DNA of 64,000 nucleotides from Candidatus Methylomirabilia bacterium (GTDB lineage: Bacteria > Methylomirabilota > Methylomirabilia > Rokubacteriales > CSP1-6): positions 37,261 to 101,260 of the forward strand of contig JBGPXN010000001.1 of assembly GCA_041492755.1 (NCBI GenBank). The letters are read 5' to 3'. Position 1 is the stretch's first letter. Each line of letters begins with the position of its first letter. The notes beneath the pieces are model-generated. The model was given only the letters and a program-made list of their open reading frames with translations, had not been told where the DNA came from and did no database searches. Positions 1 to 9,527 of the stretch are shown here, in pieces. A program made the translations under genes and the position numbers.

Positions 1-937
1 TCACACCGAGCTCGAGCAGCGCCTTGATCACCTCGCCCGACTTCCGCCGCATCTTCTCCGCCAGCTCGGCCACCGTGACCGATTCCCCCACACGGACGAC
101 TTCCCGCTTGACGTCGACGGCCGGCGCGGGCGGCGGCGGCGGTGGTTCGACAACGGCCACGGCCGCTGGCGAAACGACCCCCGGGCGGAGGGGTTCAACC
201 GCGAGTGGCGCGGGCGCGCTCGCGGCCTGCGCCACCGGCGCGGGTTCCCGCCGGGGTGGCGGCAGTGGCGGCGTAAGCCGCGGAGGCCCGACGGTGATGC
301 GCGGCGGCGCGAACGGACCGACGGGCTGCCGCGACGGCCGCGACGGCGGCGCGGCCGGGCGTTCGAGCGGCCGGAACGGCACGATCTTCGGCTCCGGCTT
401 CCGCGGCGTCCCCGGCGCCGGCGGCGGCGTGGTCACGACTGGCTTCGGAGACCACGGCAGCTCGACAATCGGAGGCGCAGCAGGAGAAGCCACCGCCGCC
501 GGCGTGAGCTCCACGGGTTCCGGCGGCTTGACGACGACCGGCAGCTCCGGTGCGACTTCAACCGGCGGTGCTTCCGTCGTCTCGGCAGGCTTCGGCTTCA
601 CGATCGTCGCCGTCGGACGGAGCTCGAGGGGGGTGTCCTCGGTCTCCGCGGTCTTGACCTTCCTCGCTCGCGGTGACTTCGTCAGGAGCGCGGCGGCGTC
701 GCCCGTGCCGCCTTCCTCCGGCGCCTTCGCGCGGGCCGGTCGCTTCGGCTTCGGCTCCTCCGGCAGCTCGCGGCCTTTGCCGAGCTTCACGCGCAGCGAA
801 TTGGCGAGGGTGGCCTCGAGTGGGGTCATGGCGCGCACGCCCTTGTGCCCCATCTCCTCGGCGGCCAGCATCAGATCCTTGCTGGTCACGCCAAGCTCCT
901 TGGCGAGTTCGATCACCTTTATCTTTGTCGCTGCCAA
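1..937 (-). CDS. infB: Translation initiation factor IF-2, N-terminal part (gene continues beyond window start)
   Basis: Reverse translation from TTG at 935-937 gives MAATKIKVIELAKELGVTSKDLM... and ...VTVAELAEKMRRKSGEVIKALLELGV, with an Ala/Pro/Gly-rich linker between, typical of IF-2. SD GGAGGTGAGGGGG lies upstream. The track ORF 24..989(+) is its antisense. Confidence 0.85.
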   Translation of the reverse strand, partial: MAATKIKVIELAKELGVTSKDLMLAAEEMGHKGVRAMTPLEATLANSLRVKLGKGRELPEEPKPKRPARAKAPEEGGTGDAAALLTKSPRARKVKTAETEDTPLELRPTATIVKPKPAETTEAPPVEVAPELPVVVKPPEPVELTPAAVASPAAPPIVELPWSPKPVVTTPPPAPGTPRKPEPKIVPFRPLERPAAPPSRPSRQPVGPFAPPRITVGPPRLTPPLPPPRREPAPVAQAASAPAPLAVEPLRPGVVSPAAVAVVEPPPPPPAPAVDVKREVVRVGESVTVAELAEKMRRKSGEVIKALLELGV

Positions 938-1190
938 AGCCCCCTCACCTCCTCGACCAGGTCCATCCGCATCTCACAAGGCTTCCTGAATGCCTGCGCG
1001 AGTCGTCGCGACACGAGCGCACGCCCCCAACACGCCGGCTCTCCGCACACGTAGGCGCCACGTCCGGGCACAACGCCGCGGGCGTCCACCCGGACCACAC
1101 CGTCTGCGGCCCGCACGAGTCGAACGAGCTGCCGCTTCGGCTTGACCTGCCGGCACCCGAGACAGGTACGCCGTGGCTCATCGCCGTCGC
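919..1190 (-). CDS. YlxR/RnpM (DUF448) family protein; start codon unresolved
   Basis: Track ORF 919..1116 has the GRGAYVC motif. The in-frame upstream sequence encodes EPRRTCLGCRQVKPKRQLVRL (the YlxR RTCxGCR motif), so the N-terminus lies upstream and overlaps the nusA 3' end. No ATG/GTG/TTG was found in frame there. Confidence 0.55.
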
Positions 1191-1195
1191 CGCCG

Positions 1196-2350
1196 TCACC
1201 CGTTGACCGCGCCGTCCGCGGGCCCCGGGGTCGCGTCCTGGATCTCCGTGGCCGGCTCGCCGGCGGCCTCCGTCGGCCGCTCGCCGCCGGACTCCGACCG
1301 CGCCGCCTCGACCTCGGCCTCGCTCTTGATGTCGATGCGCATGCCGGTGAGCTTGGCCGCCAGCCGCGCGTTCTGTCCCTTCTTACCGATCGCCAGCGAA
1401 AGCTGGTTGTCGGGAACGACGACCAGCGCGGCCAGGCCTTCCGTGTCGGGCTCGTCGACCACCGTGACCGAGGAAACCTTGGCCGGCGAGAGCGCGCGGG
1501 CGACGAACGTCACCGGATCCTCCGACCACTCGATGATATCGATCTTTTCCCCCCGCAGCTCGCGGCTGATCACCTGGATCCGGGTGCCACGGAGCCCGAC
1601 GCAGGCGCCGATCGGGTCGACGTCGCGCTTGGTGGACGCCACCGCGATCTTCGCGCGTTCACCGGCCTCACGGGCCGCGGCCTTCACGAGGACGATCCCT
1701 TCCTGGATCTCGGGGATCTCGGTTTCGAACAACCGCACCAGGTAGCCTGGATGCGTCCGGGACAGCGTGATTTGCGGTCCCTTTGCCGTCCGTCGCACTT
1801 CGAGCACGTAGGCGCGCAAGCGATCGCCGGGGTTGTAGCGCTCCCCCGGGATCTGCTCGCGATCGGGCAGGATGGCCTCGCCCTTGCCGATCTCGACGAT
1901 GACGTTGCGCTTCTCGATCCGGTGCACCACCCCGCGCAGGATCTGGCCCTCGCGGCCCGCGAACTCGGCGTAGATCCGGTCGCGCTCGGCATCGCGGACG
2001 CGCTGGAGGATCACCTGCTTGGCCGTCTGCGCGGCGATGCGACCGAACTCTTGAGGCGGCAGCTCCTGCTCGAGCTCGTCACCGATCTCGGCTTCGGCGT
2101 TCAGCGCCTTGGCCTCGGCCAGACTGAGCTCGATCTTCGGGTCGGCCACCTCCTCGACCACCGTCTTCCGCCCGTAGACCTTGACCGCGCCGGTCTTGCG
2201 GTCGATCTGCATGCGGATGTTGTCGGCGGCGCCGAGGTTCTTGCGCGACGCCGAGAGCAGGGCAGACTCCAGCGCTTCGAAGAGAACCTCAGGTTCGATT
2301 CCCTTCTCGCGACCGATCTGCTCGATCACCATCAGCAATTCGCGATTCAT
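1196..2350 (-). CDS. nusA: Transcription termination/antitermination factor NusA (short form, no AR1/AR2 domains)
   Basis: MNRELLMVIEQIGREKGIEPEVLFEALESALLSA..., with S1 and KH regions. ATG at 2348-2350 overlaps the rimP TGA (ATGA). Confidence 0.9.
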   Translation of the reverse strand: MNRELLMVIEQIGREKGIEPEVLFEALESALLSASRKNLGAADNIRMQIDRKTGAVKVYGRKTVVEEVADPKIELSLAEAKALNAEAEIGDELEQELPPQEFGRIAAQTAKQVILQRVRDAERDRIYAEFAGREGQILRGVVHRIEKRNVIVEIGKGEAILPDREQIPGERYNPGDRLRAYVLEVRRTAKGPQITLSRTHPGYLVRLFETEIPEIQEGIVLVKAAAREAGERAKIAVASTKRDVDPIGACVGLRGTRIQVISRELRGEKIDIIEWSEDPVTFVARALSPAKVSSVTVVDEPDTEGLAALVVVPDNQLSLAIGKKGQNARLAAKLTGMRIDIKSEAEVEAARSESGGERPTEAAGEPATEIQDATPGPADGAVNG

Positions 2351-2823
2351 TCCCCCGACTTCACCCGCGGCCACGGCACGTCCGCGTCCAGCCGCGCCTT
2401 CGTCACGCTCGGGCGTGGCACCTCGATCCGGTCACTGTCGCGCTCGAGCACCAACCGGTCCGGCCCCACGTGCGCGAGCCGTCCCCGCAACTCCTCGCCG
2501 CCGGCCAGCCAGCACTGCACGCGCTTGCCCACCGCCCACCTGAACTCGCGGTCTGAGCGCAGGAGCCGGTCCAGCCCCGGCGACGATACCTCCAAATCAT
2601 ACGGGTCCGCGATCGCCCCTTCTGCATCGAGCAGGTGACCGATCTCTCGGCTCACGCGCTCACAGTCGCCGATCCCCACACCTTCCGGCTTGTCCACGAA
2701 GACGCGGAGCACGGACCGCGGGCGCCGGGGGCGCCATTCGAGATCGACGAGCTCCAATCCGTGATCGCGGAGCACGGGCAGGATGATGTTCTCGATCCGG
2801 CCCCCGTGCTCGTCATCCATCAT
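2347..2823 (-). CDS. rimP: Ribosome maturation factor RimP
   Basis: MMDDEHGGRIENIILPVLRDHGLELVDLEW...SSPGLDR. The track N-extension (to 2862) runs through a terminator hairpin and is not coding. Confidence 0.85.
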   Translation of the reverse strand: MMDDEHGGRIENIILPVLRDHGLELVDLEWRPRRPRSVLRVFVDKPEGVGIGDCERVSREIGHLLDAEGAIADPYDLEVSSPGLDRLLRSDREFRWAVGKRVQCWLAGGEELRGRLAHVGPDRLVLERDSDRIEVPRPSVTKARLDADVPWPRVKSGE

Positions 2824-2841
2824 TGGCGTGCCCACGAAATC

Positions 2842-2867
2842 AAAAAAGTGGGCAACGCCCACTTTTT
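2842..2867. terminator. Bidirectional intrinsic-terminator-like hairpin between proS and rimP
   Basis: A6-GTGGGC-AAC-GCCCAC-T5. On the minus strand it gives a stem plus U6 directly after the proS stop, only ~20 nt before the rimP start. Confidence 0.5.
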
Positions 2868-2902
2868 CAGGACTTTAGCACGTGCCGGCGCGGGAGGCAA
2901 GT

Positions 2903-4591
2903 TCAGGAGGTCGCGAGCACCTCGCGGATGGCGTCGAGGACGGCATCTTTGCCGACCTTCCGGTCCTGGCGAGTGCGCCGGGCGCGCACCTCGCAGAGCC
3001 CTTCCTTGACCCAGGCGTTGCCGATGGTCACGCGGGCGGGGATGCCGAGGAGATCGGCGTCCTTGAACTTCACGCCCGGGCGCTCGTCGCGATCGTCGAG
3101 CAACACGTCCAGACCCGCCTGCGTGCAGGCGGCGTAGATCTCGTCGGCCGCCGTGGCCTGGGCCTGATCCTTGACGTTGATGACGACGAGGTGGACGTGG
3201 AAGGGGGCGATGCCGGCCGGCCAGACGATCCCGTCGGCGTCCGCTCGCTGCTCGATGGCGGCGGCCGCGATGCGCGCGGGGCCGATTCCATAGCTGCCCA
3301 TGACGACCGGACGGGTTTTCCCGGCCTCGTCCAGGTAGGTGGCGCCGAGAGCGTCGGAGAAGCGCGTCCCGAGCTTGAAGATGTTGCCGACTTCGATCAC
3401 CCGCTCGATCGCGAGCGGTGCGCCGCACTGCGGGCAGCCCTCCCCCGCCAGGGCCGTGTGGAGATCGACGAAGCGGACTTCGAAGTCGCGGCCGACGGTG
3501 ACACCGCGCGTGTGAAATCCGTCGCGATTCGCCCCGACGACGTACTGGCCTTCGCGCAGCGTGTCGTCGGCGAGAATCGGCACGCGGGCACCGAGCGGCC
3601 CGACCGAGCCCACCGGCACGCCGAGATGCTGCGGCACCTCGTCCGGGTGCGCGGCGCGACACTCCTCGCCCATCGCGCGCATGAGCTTGCGCTCGTGGAG
3701 GCTGTGATCGCCCCGCAGCATGACGAGCACCGGCCCGGCCTTGGGCGCAACGTAGAGGAGCGACTTCGCGGTGAGCCGCGGGTCGATCTTCAAGAATGCC
3801 GCGACCTCCGCGATGGTGCGTGCCCCCGGCGTGGCGACCTCGTCGCGCGGCGCCGCGGGGAACTCGGGCGCGCGCGGGACCGCGCGGGCCAGCTCGACGT
3901 TCGCGGCGTAGCCGCAGGTGGCGCACATCGCAATCTCGTCTTCGCCGGCCGCGCTGGGCGCCATGAACTCGTGCGCGCTCTTGCCGCCCATCATGCCGGT
4001 GTCCGACTGCACGACGTGGAACCGCAATCCGGAGCGCTCGAAGATCCGCCGGTAGGCGTGCTCGTGCGCGGCGTACGAACGGTCGAGGGCCGCGTCGTCG
4101 GCATCCAGCGTGTAGGAGTCCTTCATGACGAACTCGCGCGTGCGCAACACACCCGAGCGCGGCCGGGCTTCGTCGCGCTCCTTCGTCTGGATCTGGTACC
4201 AGATCTGCGGCAGGTCGCGGTAGGAGCGGATCTCGCGGGAGGCCAGCCAGGCGACGACCTCTTCGTGCGTCATCCCGAGACACATGTCCCGCCCGTGCCG
4301 ATCTCGCAACTTGAACATCTCGGGAATGCCGTCCCACCGTCCCGACTGCTTCCAGATCTCGGCGGGATGGATGACGGGCATGGTGATCTCCTGCCCACCG
4401 ATCGCGTTCATCTCCTCCCGGATGATAGCGGTGATCTTGTCGAGCACGCGCTGGCCGATGGGCAGCCACACGAACACGCCCGCCGCGAGCTGGCGCACGA
4501 GGCCGGCCCGCAGCATCAGCTTGTGACTGAGCGCCTCCGCCTCGGCCGGCTCCTCGCGGAGGGTGGGAACCAGGGACTTGGACAGCCGCAT
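2903..4591 (-). CDS. proS: Proline--tRNA ligase
   Basis: MRLSKSLVPTLREEPAEAEALSHKLMLRAGLVRQ..., class II aaRS motifs. The track N-extension upstream of MRLSKSL is not coding. Confidence 0.9.
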   Translation of the reverse strand: MRLSKSLVPTLREEPAEAEALSHKLMLRAGLVRQLAAGVFVWLPIGQRVLDKITAIIREEMNAIGGQEITMPVIHPAEIWKQSGRWDGIPEMFKLRDRHGRDMCLGMTHEEVVAWLASREIRSYRDLPQIWYQIQTKERDEARPRSGVLRTREFVMKDSYTLDADDAALDRSYAAHEHAYRRIFERSGLRFHVVQSDTGMMGGKSAHEFMAPSAAGEDEIAMCATCGYAANVELARAVPRAPEFPAAPRDEVATPGARTIAEVAAFLKIDPRLTAKSLLYVAPKAGPVLVMLRGDHSLHERKLMRAMGEECRAAHPDEVPQHLGVPVGSVGPLGARVPILADDTLREGQYVVGANRDGFHTRGVTVGRDFEVRFVDLHTALAGEGCPQCGAPLAIERVIEVGNIFKLGTRFSDALGATYLDEAGKTRPVVMGSYGIGPARIAAAAIEQRADADGIVWPAGIAPFHVHLVVINVKDQAQATAADEIYAACTQAGLDVLLDDRDERPGVKFKDADLLGIPARVTIGNAWVKEGLCEVRARRTRQDRKVGKDAVLDAIREVLATS

Positions 4592-4618
4592 CGCTAGGAG
4601 TCCGTCCGGGTAACGCGG

Positions 4619-4695
4619 TGTCGAGGAGCGCCCCGGCTCCGCCGGGGTGCTGCCGAGAGCTGGGGGGTGTGGGGGGCCATGTCTGGGCCCCCCAC
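4619..4695. repeat. REP-like composite palindromic element, copy A (12-bp GC hairpin plus G-rich palindrome)
   Basis: gtcgaggagcgccccggctccgccggggtgctgccgagagc + tggggggtgtggggggccatgtctgggcccccc, directly after the stop of the 4696..5028 gene. Same family as copies B-E. Confidence 0.7.
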
Positions 4696-5028
4696 CTAGT
4701 GGGCGTCGGGCGTCTTGTTGGCCCCCTTCACCCCCGGGTCGTAGCGCAGGCGCTCCACGGGCTTGCCGCCCAGGATGTGGGACTTCAAGATCTCGGGCAG
4801 GTCGCTCTCCTGCACGCCGTGGTACCAGACGTCGTCGGGATAGACGACGATCATCGGCCCGTGGCCGCACTGCGAGAAGCAGCCGGCCTTGTTGACGCGG
4901 ACGTCGGTCTTGAGCCCGGCCTTGACGGCTTCTCCCCGCAGATACTTCACGTACTCCTCGACGTTGCCGCGGGTCGGGCAGTCCTCCCCGCTCGTGCAGA
5001 CGAAGACGTGCGTCTTGTACTGGCCCAT
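4696..5028 (-). CDS. Thioredoxin-like [2Fe-2S] ferredoxin family protein
   Basis: CTSGEDCPTRG ... CFSQCGHGP Cys motifs. ATGA overlap with the ispG stop. Confidence 0.6.
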   Translation of the reverse strand: MGQYKTHVFVCTSGEDCPTRGNVEEYVKYLRGEAVKAGLKTDVRVNKAGCFSQCGHGPMIVVYPDDVWYHGVQESDLPEILKSHILGGKPVERLRYDPGVKGANKTPDAH

Positions 5029-6122
5029 CAGGCGTTGACCTCCGTCCCCTGCGCCGCCCGGCGCTCGGCGATGAATTTGTCGACCTCCTCGCGCATCGCC
5101 TGCACGATCCCGCTCTCGGGCACCTTGCGGATCACCTCACCGTGCTTGAAGATCAACCCGATCCCCTTCCCGCCCGCGACGCCGATGTCGGCCACCCGCG
5201 CCTCGCCGGGACCGTTGACTTCACATCCCATCACCGCGATGTGGATCTCTTCGTTGAGGCCCTTGAACTCGTCTTCCACTTCGCGGGCGAGCTTGACGAG
5301 GTCGACGTCGGCGCGGCCGCACGACGGGCAGGCGACGAAGGTGAGGCCGCCGCGACGCAGGCCGAGCGCCTTGAGGATGTCGATGCCGACGCGGACTTCT
5401 TCGGTGGGGTCGGCGGACAGGGACACGCGAATCGTGTCGCCGATGCCCTGGGAGAGGAGCGCGCCGAGGCCGACCGCGGACTTGATGGTGCCCACGCCGG
5501 GCGTGCCGGCCTCGGTGACGCCGAGATGGAACGGATAGTCCACCTGGTCGGCGAGCATCCGGTACGCCTCGATCATCATGGACGGATCGGACGCCTTGAG
5601 GGAGATCTTCATCTCCGGATAGTCACACTCTTCGAGGATCCGGATGTGTCGCAGCCCCGACTCCACCATCCCCTTCGCGCTGGGGCCGTTGTACTTCGCG
5701 AGCAGATCCTTCTCCAGCGAGCCCGCGTTGACGCCGATGCGGATGGGGATCTTGCGGTCCTTGGCGAGGTTGACGACCTCCATCACGAACGGCTTGCCGC
5801 CGATGTTGCCCGGGTTGAGGCGGAGACCGTCCACACCCTGCTGGAGCGCGATGAGGGCCAGCTTGTAGTTGAAGTGGATGTCGGCCACCAGCGGGATGCG
5901 GATCTGCTTCTTGATCTCGCCGAGCTTCTCGGCGGCCTCGCGCACGGGCACCGCGCAGCGCACGACGTCGCACCCGGCCGCCTCCAGCGACCAGATCTCG
6001 AGCAGCGTCGCTTCCACGTTCCGCGTGTCCGTCTTGGTCATGGACTGCACGGTGATGGGCGCGTCACCGCCGATCTTGACGTTGCCGATCTGGATCTGCC
6101 GTGTTCTCCGCCGTTCGGTCAT
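5028..6122 (-). CDS. ispG: 4-hydroxy-3-methylbut-2-en-1-yl diphosphate synthase (flavodoxin)
   Basis: MTERRRTRQIQIGNVKIGGDAPITVQSMTKTDT...VACPSCGR...MGCEVNGPGE. The track N-extension is not coding. Confidence 0.9.
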   Translation of the reverse strand: MTERRRTRQIQIGNVKIGGDAPITVQSMTKTDTRNVEATLLEIWSLEAAGCDVVRCAVPVREAAEKLGEIKKQIRIPLVADIHFNYKLALIALQQGVDGLRLNPGNIGGKPFVMEVVNLAKDRKIPIRIGVNAGSLEKDLLAKYNGPSAKGMVESGLRHIRILEECDYPEMKISLKASDPSMMIEAYRMLADQVDYPFHLGVTEAGTPGVGTIKSAVGLGALLSQGIGDTIRVSLSADPTEEVRVGIDILKALGLRRGGLTFVACPSCGRADVDLVKLAREVEDEFKGLNEEIHIAVMGCEVNGPGEARVADIGVAGGKGIGLIFKHGEVIRKVPESGIVQAMREEVDKFIAERRAAQGTEVNA

Positions 6123-6133
6123 GTCACCCGTCC

Positions 6134-7497
6134 CTATCGAAAAAAGCGAAACGCGTCGATGCGCACGAGGTCGTTGTAGAGCGCATAGACCATGAGCAGC
6201 ATGAGGAGCACGAAGCCGAGCTGCTGGGCGGCCTCCCGCTTCTTGAGCGAGAGCGGCCGGCCCCGGATGCCTTCGATGACGAAGAAGAAGAGGTGGCCGC
6301 CGTCCAGCATGGGGACGGGCAGCAGATTCAGCACCGCGAGGTTCACGCTGATGATCGCGGTGAAGAGCGCCAGTGAGGCGGCGCCTTCTTTGGCCTGGCG
6401 CCCGGCTTCGGCGGCGATCTGGATGGGGCCGCCGATGTTCGAGCGGTCGATGGTCCCCCACACGACCTTCCACAGGCCCTTCACGGTGAGGACGGTCATG
6501 TCCCACGTCTTGACCGCGCCGTACGCGATGGCCTGGGGCAGTGGATACGGCTCGTAGCTCACCGTCTTCGTCACGATGCCGACGCCGATCCGACCGACTT
6601 CAGTCTCGCCCGTCGGCGTCTTTTCCTTCACGACGATCGCCGTCACCGGCACCGTCAGCGGGCGGCCGTCACGCTCGATGGTGATCTCGAACGTCTGACC
6701 GCCGCGCTTCTGGATCGCCTGCATCAGGTCCTCGGGCGTGAACACGGGTTGTCCGGCCACCGCCTTCACGACGTCGCCCGGCTTCAGTCCGGCCTTGTCG
6801 GCGGGTGATCCCGGGTTCACGGAGCCGATCTGCGGCGTGAGCTGCGGGCCGGCGCCGATCTCCCACGTTTCGCGGGCCTCCTTGAAGATGAGATCGCGCA
6901 CGACGGTGAGACGCGGCTCGACCGTCACCGGCTGGGTCGCTCCGGCGGCGCGGGCGATCATCAGCGACAGCGGCTGGCCGGTGCTCGAGGTCAGCGCCCG
7001 CTCGAGATCTTCCCAGTACGCGACGGGCCTGCCGTCCACCGCCACCACCCTGTCGCCGGTGCGGAGTCCGGCGGCCGCCGCCGGGCTGTCCTCGGTCACA
7101 CGTCCGATCACGGGGGCCCACACCGGCCGGCCGGCGGTGGCGAGGACGCCCATGAAGATGACGGCGGCCAGCACGAAGTTCATCCCCGGCCCGGCAAAGA
7201 CGATGAGGAACCGCATCCAGAGCGGCTTCAGCGCGAACGCCTTGGACGGATCCCACGGCATCGGCGCACCGCCCTCGAGCGGATTCTCCTCGCCCAGCAT
7301 CTTCACGTAGCCGCCCATGGGAATGACGGACAGGCAGTACTCGGTCTCCTGGCCGCGCCAGCGCAGCAACACGGGACCGAAACCGATCGAGAAGCGCTCC
7401 ACACCGACCCCACACCACCGCGCGACGATGAAGTGACCGAGCTCGTGGATGAGGATGAGAATTCCGATGACGACGACGAAAGAAACCACCGTGGTCA
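6134..7497 (-). CDS. rseP: RIP metalloprotease RseP (site-2 protease)
   Basis: HELGHF zinc motif, two PDZ-like segments, C-terminal LDGGHL. GTG start overlaps the dxr TGA (GTGA). Confidence 0.85.
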
Positions 7498-8685
7498 CGA
7501 CGACAAACCTCCCGACAGCGCGTCGACCAGATCCGCCGCCAGGCGACGGACGTCGGCGTCGACCGCGACACATTCTTCGATGGACGTGAGCTCGCCGATC
7601 GGATACTTCCCGAGGGCGCGCTCGATCAGCTCGGGGATCTGGACGAATCGCAGGCGGCGGCCCAGGAAGGCGGCCACCGCCACTTCGTTCGCGGCGTTGA
7701 GGACGACGGGCGCCGCGCCGCCCCGCTCGAGCGCACCGCGGGCCAGCGCGAGGCAGGGAAACTTGACGGGGTCGGGCGCGAAGAAGGTCAGGCCCGAAAG
7801 CCGGGTGAGATCGAGCCGCGCCGACGGCGTCGGCCGGCGCTCGGGGTACGTGAGCGCGTAGAGGATGGGCACGCCCATGTCGGCGACGCCCAGCTGGGCG
7901 ATCACCGAGCCATCGATGTACTCCACCATCGAGTGGACGATCGACTGCGGATGCACGATGACCTGGACCTGCGCCGACGCGACGTCGAACAGCCAGCGCG
8001 CCTCGATCACTTCGAGGCCCTTGTTCATCAGGGTGGCGGAATCGACGGTGATCTTCGCCCCCATCTTCCACGTCGGATGCTTGAGGGCGTCTTCCACGGT
8101 GACCGCGGCCAGCGCGGACGCGGGCAGCTCGCGGAACGGTCCGCCGGACGCGGTGAGGAGGATCTTATGGACGTCGCCGCGATTGTGTCCCTGCAGGCAC
8201 TGGAACACCGCGCTGTGCTCGGAGTCCACGGGCAGCAACGGCACGCCGGCCTGGCGCGCCGCCGCCGTCATGAGGCTTCCGGCCATGACCAGCGTTTCCT
8301 TGTTGGCGAGGGCCACCGGTCGCCGCGCGCGGATCGCTGCCATCGTCGGTAGCAGCCCGGCGCCGCCGACCAGCGCCGACACCACGATGTCGGCTTCCGT
8401 TTCCCCCGCGAGCGCGGCCACCCCGGCCGGCCCGCCCAGCAACTCGGGCCGCGGCGCGGGCAGGTGCGCGGCGAGCCGATCGATGGCGGCCTCGTCCAGG
8501 AGCGCCACCGCCTGCGGCGCGTACTTGCGACAGAGATCGGCGATGAGCTCGACGTTCGAGCCCCGGGCGGCCAGACCGGCGATCGAGAATTCTTCCGGGA
8601 AACTCGAGACCAGCTCGAGCGTGCGGAGACCGATGGATCCGGTGGCGCCGAGCAGCGTGATGCGCTTCACGACGTCGCCCCCCAC
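7495..8685 (-). CDS. dxr: 1-deoxy-D-xylulose 5-phosphate reductoisomerase
   Basis: KRITLLGATGSIGLRTLELV..., full-length Dxr. Confidence 0.9.
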   Translation of the reverse strand: MGGDVVKRITLLGATGSIGLRTLELVSSFPEEFSIAGLAARGSNVELIADLCRKYAPQAVALLDEAAIDRLAAHLPAPRPELLGGPAGVAALAGETEADIVVSALVGGAGLLPTMAAIRARRPVALANKETLVMAGSLMTAAARQAGVPLLPVDSEHSAVFQCLQGHNRGDVHKILLTASGGPFRELPASALAAVTVEDALKHPTWKMGAKITVDSATLMNKGLEVIEARWLFDVASAQVQVIVHPQSIVHSMVEYIDGSVIAQLGVADMGVPILYALTYPERRPTPSARLDLTRLSGLTFFAPDPVKFPCLALARGALERGGAAPVVLNAANEVAVAAFLGRRLRFVQIPELIERALGKYPIGELTSIEECVAVDADVRRLAADLVDALSGGLSS

Positions 8686-9527
8686 AGCTTCACGTAGTAG
8701 TAGAAGGACGGGACGTTGAAGAGCAGGCTGTCGATCCGGTCGAGCATCCCGCCGTGACCGGGGATCAATGCGCCCGTGTCCTTCGTGCCGAGGCTTCGCT
8801 TGACCACCGATTCAGCGAGGTCGCCGAGTTGCCCCATCGCGCCGAGGAACGCGCCGGCGCCGGCCGTGAAGGTGGCCGGCCACGCGGTCAGCAACCAGCG
8901 TCCCAGGATCAGCGCGGAGATCACGGAGACCACGAGCTGGGCGATCGCACCCTCCATCGTCTTGGCCGGACTGATCGTCGGCGCGAGCCGATGCCGGCCG
9001 ACCGTTGAGCCCACGAGGTAGGCGGCGGATTCACCAGCCCACGTCACGCCGACCAAGAACAGCACCAGCCACGCCCCCTCGGGGAGCTCGCGCAAGAGGA
9101 CGGCGTGACCGAGCGGCCATCCCACGTAGACCGCGGCCAGCAGCCCCACCGCCACCGGCTCGATGGACAGCGGAGCGCCCCCCCACACCGGGGCGCTCAT
9201 GACCAGCATCACCACCCCGGTCAGCACGATCACCGATGCGCCGGACACGGCGAAGCTCAGCGTCACCGCGAACGCGGCGGCGACGCCCAGACGGGGATAC
9301 GCCGGCCGACCCGCGCGCTGGAACATCCGTCCCAGCTCCCAGGCGGCCGCGGCGCTGACCGCCACCACGAGCGCGATGAAGACCGCCGCCGGCGCCGCCA
9401 CCAGCACGAGGATGAACAGGGGGAGCAGCACGGCGGTGCTGAGGACGCGCTTCAGCATGTGGTCATACGCCGTCCTTCGGCGGACGGCCGGCGTGGCGGG
9501 CGCGACACCCCCCGGCAACCACGTCAA
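8667..9527 (-). CDS. cdsA: Phosphatidate cytidylyltransferase
   Basis: Multi-TM protein ending ...GHGGMLDRIDSLLF (CdsA signature). Overlaps the uppS stop. Confidence 0.85.
   Translation of the reverse strand: MTWLPGGVAPATPAVRRRTAYDHMLKRVLSTAVLLPLFILVLVAAPAAVFIALVVAVSAAAAWELGRMFQRAGRPAYPRLGVAAAFAVTLSFAVSGASVIVLTGVVMLVMSAPVWGGAPLSIEPVAVGLLAAVYVGWPLGHAVLLRELPEGAWLVLFLVGVTWAGESAAYLVGSTVGRHRLAPTISPAKTMEGAIAQLVVSVISALILGRWLLTAWPATFTAGAGAFLGAMGQLGDLAESVVKRSLGTKDTGALIPGHGGMLDRIDSLLFNVPSFYYYVKLWGATS

Noticed and set aside
24-989. 321-aa Gly/Ala/Ser-rich plus-strand ORF
   Set aside because: Antisense of the infB N-terminal low-complexity linker; the minus strand encodes bona fide IF-2 motifs.
2820-4870. 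Long alternate-frame and antisense ORFs over proS (2820..4469 -, 2882..4597 +), plus the N-terminal extension of the proS ORF
   Set aside because: High-GC frame artefacts. Only the MRLSKSL... frame has ProS motifs, and the extension runs through the REP-like repeat.
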